Assembly (NCBI GenBank): GCA_014905635.1
Contig: JABVCE010000005.1
Coordinates: forward strand, 1,240,001 to 1,304,000
Length of the DNA stretch: 64,000 bases
Direction: 5' to 3'
Source of the DNA: Scenedesmus sp. PABB004
Lineage: Eukaryota
A program made the position numbers and the translations under genes. The notes under the pieces were generated by a model, which was not told where the DNA came from, ran no database searches, and saw only the letters and a program-made list of their open reading frames with translations. Below are positions 54,418-64,000 of the stretch, piece after piece. The number at the start of each line of letters is the position of its first letter. The first letter of the stretch is position 1.

Positions 54418-55005
54418 ATGGTGCTGCACAGCCGCGCCCCCGCCGCTGCGCCAGGGCGGCGGCTCGCAGCAGCGGCGGCAGCGGCGCGCAGCAGCAGCTC
54501 GCGCTGCGGCGCTCGGGCCGCCGGCGATGCGCCGCGGCGGCAAGCGGCAGCGGTGCCGGTCCTGCAGACGCAGGTGGAGCTGCTGGAGCTGAGGGCGGCG
54601 GCAGCAGCGGCAGCGGTGGGACGGGGGGCGGCGGGGGCAGCGGTGGTGGCGGCGGAAGCGGTGGCGGCGGGAGCAGCGGCGACGCCAGGGCCTTCCCAGT
54701 GTGGTACACGGTGAGAGCCGCCGGCAGGCCAGCGGGCGCGCGGCCTGCCGCGGCCCAGCGCGAGCTGGGCCAGCCACAGCGCCGGCGCGCGCGCGCAGGT
54801 GTGGATGTGGGCGACGGCCGGCACGTACCTCGCCTGGCGCTGGCGCTGGCGGCGCGACCGGCGGCTGGCGGCAGAGGCGTTTGCGCGCGAGCAGGCGGCC
54901 GACGCGGCGGCGGCCGAGGACTGGCAGCGCTTCGCCGCGCGGTACGGCGTGGGCGGCGGCCGCGGCGCGGCGGCGCCGCCGCCGCACGACCGGCCCGCAG
55001 GGTAA
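54418..55005 (+). CDS. Possible small two-exon protein with a single hydrophobic segment
   Basis: ATG at 54418, probable intron ending CAG at ~54798, last exon VWMWATAGTYLAWRWRWRR..EDWQRFAARYG, TAA at 55003-55005; no homology recognised. Confidence 0.35.
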
Positions 55006-55053
55006 GGGCGCGGCACGTTGGTTGCACGCGGGGAAAGAGGGGGCTCGCTCTCG

Positions 55054-55619
55054 TCAGCGCTGGAAGCAGCAGCTGAGGCAGGGCACATCCATCTGATGTG
55101 TCACCACAGCGCAGGTGACGTCCCGCATCGGCGTCGCGCCGGGCTCAAAGTCGGCCACGCCCCGGCCGCCGCCTGCGGCGCGGACGAGCGAGCACGCGGC
55201 GGCGTGGGCAGCAGCGCGGCGGCGGCAGGGGGCGGCAGGGGGTGGCAGGCGCCCGCCGCCGCACCCGGGCGCTCGTGCTCCAGCAGCAGCGTGAGCTGGC
55301 GGTGCTGCTCGAGCAGGCACTGCCAGCGCACGAGCAGCTCCGTGCGCCGCGCGGTGAGCCCGCCCCCGCCGTCGCCGTCGCAGTCGGCGCGCTTGCCGTC
55401 CGCCGGCGCGGCCGCAGCGCCGGCCTCCGCCTGCGCGAGCGCGCGAGACTCCGCGACCAGCTCCGCCTCCGCCGCCCGCAGCGCCGCAGCGGCGGCCCGC
55501 AGCTCGCCCAGCCGCTCCTGGGCGTCCTCGGAGCCGGCCGTGACCATTGCCTGCGGCTGCGGAGCGACGCGCAGCGCATCGCTGGCGGCGAGCGGCGCCC
55601 AGCGGAGCGCCGTGTGCAT
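55054..55619 (-). CDS. Possible small coiled-coil protein (two exons)
   Basis: EDAQERLGELRAAAAALRAAEAELVAES..ELLVRWQCLLEQHRQLTLLLEHE with a probable intron at ~55175-55264; start at 55619 or 55547. Confidence 0.35.
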
Positions 55620-56295
55620 GGTGGCGTGCAGGGACGGGCGGGCAGCTCGAAGCTCCGGATGGCCCGCGCGGAGCACGATCCGCAGCGCGCAGCCGCGGCA
55701 GGACGGCCAGGCGCCGCGATCGGCCGTGCGCGTCGCGGCGGCGCGATTCCAGTTCCGCCGGCGATCAATGAATGTGCACCGAGCTCGCGTGGAAACGGCG
55801 TGGCTGGGCGGCTCTGGGCTGGTCGCGACCATCGGCCGGCGGCGCGGCTCGCCGGCGTGCCGCCGAGCGCGCGGTCAAAAACCCTGCGCGACTGGTCGGC
55901 CGCCGCTGCTGCCGCGCGCAAGAGGGAGGTTCGAAAAGGCGGCGCCGCAAGCAGGCCGGGTTCGTGATGTTGTTTACACCGCCATTCTCTCCTCGCTGTC
56001 CGCCAGCCCGCGGCTGGCGTTACGCTTTGCAGCGTAGCGTGGGGCGGCAGGCGTCGCAGCCTGCCCCGCGCGTGCGGGCGCGCGTGCTCAGCCGTCTAGC
56101 ATGCAGCGCCCGCGCGCGCGTGCCCGGCGGCGCGGGGGCGTTTGTGCAGCGCCCGCCGCGCCGCTCGCGTCGCGCGGGGGCAATGTCGTTGGCGGAATCG
56201 GCACACGCGGTTCACGCACAATCACTGAGTGGGGGGCGTATGTACAGCGCGCCCGTCCGGGGCGCGCCCCGGCGAGGGGGCGCGTCGCGCGGCGC

Positions 56296-59213
56296 TCAGG
56301 CCTTGACCTCGAGCTTGACGCTGGGCTTGTCAACGGTGATCTTCTTCTCACCGTCCTTGTCCAGCAGGCCCGCCACGCGCACGCTCGGCTGCTGCACTGA
56401 GAGCTGCATCGCGGGGATCAGGACCTGCAGCGCCGGCGGCGGCGGCGGCGGCGGCGGCGCGTGAGAGGGCGGCGGCGGCGGCGGCGGCGCGGCGGCGGGG
56501 CGCGGCAGCGGCGCTGCGCTGAGCCGCACCTTGGTGTCGTTGCCCGAGTGCAGGCGGGAGAGGTCGATCACGTTCACACCGTCCTGACCGGGGCGGGGCG
56601 GCGGGGCGGGGCGGGGCAGGGCGGCGGGGCGGGTCGGCGGCTGCTGCTGCCCGCGCGCCGGCCGGCGGGCAGCAGCCCGCAAAGCGCCAGGTGCCAATTG
56701 CTGCCAACGCCGCTGGGTGCTGCGGCGGCGGCGGCGGCGGCTGCGCGCCGCGCCGCCCGCCCAGGCCGCCCGTTCTGCGCCGCACCTTGGTGGTGGTGTT
56801 CTTGGCCACCTTGAAGCCGGCGGCGTTGAGCACGCTCATCACGGTCGAGCTCTTGAGGTCCAGCTTGGCCTGGGCCAGCTCCTGCAGCGCCGCGAGGTCG
56901 ACGCTCGGCAGCTGCGCGCGCACGCGGCGGGCGGGCGGGCGGGCGGCGTCAGCGGCTGCGGCCGCGCCGGCTGCGCGCCAGGCCGCCCCCCGGCTGCGCG
57001 CCGCCGCCGCCGCCGCGCGCTGCTGTGCTGCAGCAGCGTCCGGCGCCGCCCCGGCCCCGGCGGGCGCGCGCCTTGATCTCGGGGATGTTGATCGTCCAGG
57101 TCGCGGGCTCGGGCTTGTTGAGCACCTGGTCGGCGACCTTGGCGAGCGCCTCGAGGCCGGGCACGGTGACGGTCGGCAGCGACATGCTCACGGGCTTGGA
57201 GAGCGCGAGCGAGACGAGGCTGCTCACGTCGGGCAGGCTCAGGTTGAGGTCGGGCTTGGCGAGCGCGAGCTTGGCGAGGCCGCTGAGGTCGATGGTCGGC
57301 ATGGAGAGCGCGGGCATGCTCACGTTGTGCTTGGCCAGGAGGCCGGTGAGCGCGGAGAGGTCGACGGTCGGCTTGACAAAGAGGCTGGTCAGGCCGCTGA
57401 GGTCGACGTCGGGCATGCTGATGTTCTTCTTCAGCAGCGCGGCGAGGCCGCTCAGGTCGACCTCGGGGATGGTCACCGCGGGGATGGTGAGCGTGGGGAT
57501 GGTGAGCGAGGGGATGGCGAGCGTGGGGATGGAGAGCGTGGGGATGGTCGGCAGCGTGTGGTTCTTGGCCAGCAGCGCCACGAGGCCGCTCAGGTCGACG
57601 TTGGGCTTCTGCAGCAGGCCGGCGAGGCCGCTGAGGTCGATGCTCGGCTTGGTGAGCAGGCCGCTGAGGTCGATCGTGGGCAGGCTGGAGTTCTTGGACA
57701 GCAGCGCGAGCAGGGGCGTGAGGTCGGGCATCTCGGGCTTGCTCAGCGCCGGGAGCTGGGGCAGCTCCACCTCGATCTCGATGTTGGGCTTGTTCAGCAG
57801 GCTCGTGAGCGCGCTGAGGTCGAGGTCCGGCACGCTCAGGCTGGGCGTGAGCGCGGTCTTGGCCATGCCGAGCGCCTCCATGAGCGCGGCCTTGTCCTTG
57901 GCGGCCATCTGGGGGATGGTGATGTTGGGCTTGCTCAGCAGCGCGGTCAGCAGGTCGGCGGCGTCGACGTTGATGCTGGGCTTGAAGCCGCTGAGGTCGG
58001 GGATGGTCAGGTTCTTGGACAGCAGGCCGGTCAGGGCGCTGAGGTCGAGCGTCGGCACCTGGATCTTGGGGATGGTCAGGTCCACCTTGGGCAGCGACAC
58101 CGTCGGCTTGGACACGATCATCTTGGACAGCGCCTCGACCGCGGGGGCGGTGACCGAGACGTTGACCTTCTTGGACGCGAGCGCCATGAGCGACTGCACG
58201 CTCGGGAGGTCGAGGTTGAGGTCGGGCTTGGCGAGCACGAGGTTGGCCACGGCGCTGAGGTCGAGCTGGGGGAAGCTCGGCAGCGAGATGCTGATGTTCT
58301 TGCTCGGCTTCTCAAAGTTGGACAGGAAGGCGTTGATGTACTCCAGGTGGTTGGGCATCTGCATCGGCGCACAAACGCGCGGGCGCGTGGGGCGCGCGGG
58401 CACGTGGGCGGCGCGGCCGGGCCCGCGCCCGCGGGCGCGCGCGCGCTCGCGGCGCTGCTGCGCCCCGGGGTCTGCTGCGCCGCCGCCCGGCCTCTGCGCC
58501 GCCCCGCGCCCGCCCGCACCTGCAGGCCGCCGGTCGCGGCGGGCTGCTTGGCGAGGAAGCCGTTCACGCGCGCGGTGATCAGCTCGGTCAGGCCCGACAC
58601 GTCGACGGTGGGCTTGGCCAGCAGGCTGCTCGCCACGGCGCTCAGCGCGCTGAGGTCGGGCATGGTGAGGTTGGGCTTCTGCGCGGGCACACACACGCGC
58701 GCGCGCACGCGTGCACGCGCGGCGGTGGCGTGAGCGCGCGGGCCCCAGGCGCGCGGCCCCGGCGCCGGCGCCGGCGGCGGCGCGCGTGCGAGCGCGCGCG
58801 CGCGCGCCGAGGCAGCGCCCGCGCCCCCGCCCGGCGCCGGACTGCCGCGCGCGCACCTGCAGTAGCGCGGTGAGGCCGCTCAGGTCGACGTTGGGCTTCT
58901 GCAGCAGGCCCGACAGCGCGCTGAGGTCGACGGTCGGCACGGTGATGCTGATGTTCTTGTCGCCGCCCGGCAGGGACAGCTTCGGCATGCGCGGCAGCTT
59001 CACGTCCGGCATCTTCATGTCCGGCAGCTTCACCTCGGGCATGGACACGCTGGGGATCTTGATGTCGGGGATCTGCAGCGTCTTGGTCGGCAGCGTCACC
59101 GTGACCGACGGCTTGTCGGCGCCGGTGCTGCTCTTCTCCACGCTCACGTCCAGCGCGCTGGTGCCGGCCGCCAGGCACAGCAGGCCCAGCAGGGCGAGCG
59201 AGGTCGCCTTCAT
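56296..59213 (-). CDS. Secreted repeat glycoprotein with KPxxDLSxLxxLL and xPxxx pentapeptide repeats; multi-exon, family not recognised
   Basis: Signal peptide MKATSLALLGLLCLAAGTSA; well-biased codons; long repeat exon at 57072-58361; many NxS/T sequons; TGA at 56296-56298; TGTAA (minus strand) at 55974-55978. Confidence 0.85.
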
Positions 59214-60091
59214 CCTGGCGGAGCGCGCGCGTGCGGCGGCCTGCGGCGCGGGCGGGGCGGGCCGGCGCGCGCGCGGGATGGCGGGAGGCGCCCGAGTCGG
59301 CACGGCGGCGCTGTCGCGCCGTGGGGCGGCCCGAGCGCATGCGTCAGGAGCCCCCCGAGCTCCTGGCGCTGGGCGATGCGCCGTTGCCGAGCGTGGGCGG
59401 CCGGCGCAGCCCAACCGCGTCCGGGCTGGCGCCGGCGCGCACGGGCGTCGCCCGCCCTGGCCGCCGCGCTGAGAGCTGCCGGTCGGACAGTTCGTCTCAA
59501 CGTGGCGCCGGCGGCGCTCGCGGCGCACCCGGTGGGCTCGACGCGGGGCTGGCTGGGGGGCGCGCTCGCGGTGCGGGCCGATTGCGAGCGCGTTTTGCGC
59601 GCCTGAAGGGTGGGGGGGACTAGCTGAAGCCTTGGCGCCCACGGGCATGGCGGCGCGGGCGACCGGCGCGACACGGGGCGGGGTTTGCGCCAACTGCGCT
59701 GGCGGCCAAGCGTAACGGGACGCGCTCCCGACTCTGCAGCGAGCCTTTGGACGCCCAGGAAGTGCAATTGCATGGCCGCGTTCGCCGCGCGGGGGCTTGG
59801 GGCCCGCTGGCCGCCGCGGCGGCGGGCAGCGCGCGGCGCGGAAGGCTGCGCAGCGCGGCCGCGCCGCCGCTGCGCTGCGTGGCTCCTTTGACCTCAAGAG
59901 AGCGGGATCAGAGCACGGAGGTGTCATCCGTGCCTCGCCGCCGCCGTTACCAGCGCGCCCGGCCCGCCGCCACGATCCGCCGCGATCCGCCACGCCGCTG
60001 CCAGCGCTGGCCGCCCGCCGCCTCCCCAGCCAGCCTCCTCCGCCGCCCCGCCGCCCCTCCTCCGCCCCCGCCGCCGCGCCCGCGGCCGCCG

Positions 60092-63000
60092 CTACTGGTG
60101 CAGCAGCGAGTTGAAGAGGTGCAGCGTGACCTTGGCCTTCTTGGCGAGCGGCTCGGCGCCCGGCAGCGAGGCGACGAGCGCCTTGAGCGCGGCCATCACG
60201 CCCGTGAGCACGCCTTTGAGGTGCGGCGCGGTCGTGGCGTCGTGCGGGTCGAGCACGGGCGCCGCCTCGGCGAGCCACGCGAGCTTCAGCGCCGCGTTGG
60301 CGTCGTTGCGCAGGTCCGACGCGAGCTGGTGCACGAGCGACAGCAGCGTCGGCTGGCTCAGCGCGAGCGGGCTGCCGCCGAGCACGAGCGCGGGGTCCAC
60401 CTGCGGCGCGGCGCGGCGCGGCGCGCCGCGGCGGGCAGTGAGCGGCGGGCGCACGCGCGCTGGGCGCGCCCGCGCGTGCGCCCGCGCCGCCGCGGCGCGC
60501 GCCTGCTTGCAGGTCCACAGCACCACGTCGAGGCTGGCGGTGTTGAGCGCGCGCACGAGCGCGTCCTCATACTTGCGCACGCCCAGCAGCGTGCTGATCT
60601 CCAGCCGCGGGTCGGCCGCGGGCGCGGCGCGGCCCGCCTCGAGCTGCGCGACGCTCAGCGCGCCGCCGCCGGAGCCCGCCGAGCGCTCGGCGGCGGTGCT
60701 CGCGAGGCGGCTGAGGCTGCGCGACGTGTCGGCGAGCTCGCCGCGCATGCCCGCGACCACGCCCTGCAGCTGCGCGACGCTCGCGTTGAGCGCCGCCGCG
60801 GCGTCGCCCTGCGCCGCCGACACCGCGCGCCCGCTGTCGGCCAGCCACGCCGCAAACGCGCCCTCCACCTGCCCAAACATGACCTGCGTCGCGCGCTCAA
60901 AGGCCGGGATGATCGAGCCAGCAAAGTTTTCCCGCAGCGCCTCGTGCAGCGGCCGCGCGAGGCTGCCGGCGAGCGAGCGCTCCAGCACCGCCTGCAGGCC
61001 GCCGCCTGCCACCACACGCGGGCGCGGGCGGCGCGGCGCGGTGAGGGCCGTACACGCCAGCGGCGGCGCGGCGCGGCTCCCGCGCTGCGGCGCGGCGCTC
61101 CCGCGCGCCCACCCGCGCCGCCGGCGAGCTCGTGCTGCAGCGCGCCCGCCACCGCCTGCGCCACTGCGGGCGTGACCGCGTTGACCGTGGCCGCCACCGC
61201 CGCGCGCGCCTGCTCGCGCGCCGTGTCCGCCATCGCCTTGACCAGGCCCGCCTGCAGCGCCGACGACAGCTGCGCGGCGGCGGGCGCCGGCGCGGCAGCG
61301 GCGCGGCAGCCAGCGCATCAGCGAGCGGGCGCTCGCTGATGCCCGCGTGGCCAGCCGCGGCGCCAGGGCGCAGCCCAGCCCGCCGCGCGGCGCGGCGCGG
61401 GCCGCACCTGGCCCAGCTGCGCGGCCAGCAGCTTCTCGAGGTCGGCGCGCTCCTTCGCGGCGGCCTTGCGGCGCTCCTCCTCCGCGCGCTTGGCCTGCGC
61501 CTTGAGGCTGGCCTCGACGCCCTTGGCGAGGCTGGCCTCGCTGCCCTTGAGCGCGGCCTTGACGCCCGCGACCGTCTGCTGCGAGCTCGCCGCCAGCGCC
61601 GCCGCGAGGTCGTGCTGCATCGCCAGCAGCGCCTGCATCTGCTGCTGCAGCGCCGCGACGTCGCCGCCGGCGGGCGGGGCGCCCGCCTTCTCGGCGCTGT
61701 GCAGCAGGCTCGTGGTCGGCATCGGCGGCGGCGGCGCGGCCGCGGGCGGCGCCGCGCTGGCCGTCGACTCCTCCGACGCGGACGGCGCAGCGCCGTTGGC
61801 CGCCTCGGCAGGCTCCTCCTCCTCCACGGACGCGGGCTCCTCCGCCACCGCCGCCGGGCCGAGGCGGCCGCCTCGGCCGCCGCCGCGGCCGCCGCGGCCG
61901 CCTTGTCGGCGGTGCGCTGCTTCTCCAGCCGGCTGCCGTGCAGCAGCAGCCCGGGCGTGGGCAGCTGCGCGGGCGGCGGCACCGCCGCGGACGGCAGCAC
62001 CGCCTCGACCGCCGGCGCGGCCGGCTCGGGCTCGGGCTCCGGCTCCGCCACCGCCGCGGGCTCGGGCGCCGGCGGCTCGGCCGCCGCGGCCGCGGGCTCC
62101 GGCGCTGGCGCCGGCACGGGCGCGCTGCTGCTGCTCGCCTCGTCGCCCGGCTCCACGCCGTCCTCGCCGCCGGGCGGCGGCGCGCAGAGCGCGGGGCTGA
62201 GCACGTACTGCTGGATCGCGTCGGTCTGCACCGTGTAGAGCAGCAGCTGCTGCGGCGCGACCTCGCCCGGCACGGCCTGGCTCTCGACCGCCTCCAGCCC
62301 CGGCGTGAGGCTGAGGATGGGCTGCTTGACCGCGAAGAACGCGGCGTAGTCGAGGCCGCCGCCCGCGACCGGGCCGGGCGCGAGCGCGTAGTGCAGCGTG
62401 TACACCTGCTTGCGCACCGTGTTGGCCAGCACCACGAGCCCGAGCTCGCGCTGCACCACGGCGTGGCAGAAAAAGTCGGGCGCGCCCTTGGCCGACGTGA
62501 AGGCGACCGACTGCAGGCACTGCGGCGCCGCGCCGGCGGCGGCGCCGGCGCGCGCGAGGCGCCAGAGCTTGAGCGCCGCGTTGGTCGCGTCGCCCGTGAG
62601 CAGCAGGCTGCTGCCGTCGAGCGCCTGGGCGAGGAAGTGCAGGCTCGCGACGCCGCCGGGCGCGGCAAAGGGCGACCACGACAGCAGCGGCGCGCCGGCC
62701 TCGTCGTCGCCCTCGAGCCACCACGCGTGCACGCGGCCCGCGCTGTCCGCGGCGGCGAGCAGGTCGCCGAGCGGGCTGAACGCGACCGCCGTGACGTCGC
62801 CGCCGCCCGGCGGCAGCGTGTACGTGATGCCCGGCAGCGCCGGCGCCGGCGGCTGGCTCGCCGGCGGCGACGTGGGCACCTCGAAGATGTGCACCGCGCC
62901 CGCCGCACCGGCGGCGAGGATCTGGGGCGTCGTCGGGTGCCACGCGAGGCGCACGAGGCTCGCGCCCGGCGCGCCGCCCGGCGGCAGCGCGAGCTGCGCG

Positions 63001-63701
63001 GTCAGCAGCAGCACCTCGGCCGGCACGGCGTCGCCGTCGGGGCCGGGCGCGTCGCTGACGGCGCGCACGGCGACGTCGCCGTTGCGGCTCGCTGACGCGA
63101 GCAGGTCGGGCCCGCCCGCCGCCGCGGCGCCGTCGGGCGGCGCAAAGAAGGCCATGTGGCTCAGCGCGGACGTGTGGCCCTTGAAGAGCGCGCGCGACGC
63201 GGTGTTGCGGTTGAGCGCGCGGATGTGGCCGGCCTTGAGGCCGTAGCAGATGTAGGCCGCGCTGATCGCGACCTGCTGCGTGTGCTCGAGCGCGTAGTCA
63301 AACTTGAGCAGCGTGATCGGCTGCACCTGCGCGCGCGCACGCCGCGGACGCAGCGGGCAGTGGTCGGCGCGCCGGCGCCGGCGGTGCGCGGCGCGCTGAC
63401 GGGCGGGCGCCGCTGCCGGCGGCGGCGACCGCTGCTGCCGCGGCCGCGGCCGCCGCGCCGCGCCGCGCCGCGCCTGCAGCTCCGGCACGGCCTCGCCCGG
63501 GCGCAGGGCGTCCAGGTCGATGGTGACATCGCTCCCCGCCAGCGCGCGGCCGGTGGGGCTGGGGCCCTTGGCTGCGGTCGACACGTTTGCGCTCGCGGCC
63601 AGCGCCGCCGCCGCCGTGCTCGCAAACTGCAGCCCCGCGGCGCCGTCCGGCGTGGGCCCGGCGTCGGCGCCCTTTTTCTTGTTGAACAGTCCCCCGAACA
63701 T
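60092..63701 (-). CDS. VCS: Enhancer of mRNA decapping 4 / VARICOSE (WD40, linker and C-terminal helical domain); multi-exon with apparent frameshift near 61860
   Basis: VQPIT..QVAISAAYICYGLKAGHIRALNRNTASRALFKGH, LAWHP, LANTVRKQVYTLH, IIPAFERATQVMFGQV, LSQPTLLSLVHQLASDL..KLAWL. Confidence 0.92.
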
Positions 63702-64000
63702 GGTGCCAGCGCCGCCGGGGGCGGCCGGGCGCGGTGATGGGCGCTCTTGCGGCCGTGATCAGGCGCCTGGGGGGCGCGCGCTGCGGGTGGCGCGCTGACG
63801 TGAAGCTGTGGCACGTCCTGCGCGTCCCGGACGCCGCGGCGCATGTTACTGGCCTGTACCCGCTCGCAGAGCCCGCAACGACAGCTGCAGCCATCACGGC
63901 CGCCTCCCGCGCCCCCGGGGCCCCCCCAGTCGCTGCTACCCCGCCACCCCGCCCCCAGGCGTGATCCTTCTGTCCGACAGGCGACGCCAGGCAGCAGCTG

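Overview
Extremely GC-rich, gene-dense eukaryotic nuclear DNA with many short GC-rich introns, most consistent with a chlorophyte green alga (Sphaeropleales-like; this is an inference). Most long ORFs in the track are GC artefacts, so genes were reconstructed by hand across introns. About 19 genes can be supported: a head-to-head pair of secreted Ser-Pro/Ala-Cys glycoprotein genes on a long palindrome, a DUF1769 protein, a peptidyl-serine alpha-galactosyltransferase with an ShKT domain, a very large possibly Treslin-like protein, a Q/A/G-rich nuclear protein, an AIR1/ZCCHC7-like zinc-knuckle protein, a BAT2_N (PRRC2/MOS1-like) protein, divergent SDH4/SDH3, a group I truncated hemoglobin, a TrmA-type tRNA methyltransferase with a 68-CAG insertion, an importin-13/transportin-3-like protein, a coiled-coil protein, phospholipase B-like, malonate-CoA ligase, two small uncertain genes, a secreted novel repeat protein and VARICOSE/EDC4. 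The most striking structural signals are (1) at least 17 candidate GC-AG introns, nearly all with an AG|GCGCG donor, (2) a palindromic duplicated promoter and gene pair centred at 4232, and (3) a ~590 bp inverted duplication flanking a two-gene block, which looks like a staggered-break inversion that split a bidirectional promoter and carries a 20-bp snap-back hairpin scar. No CRISPR, rRNA, tRNA or transposase was recognised.
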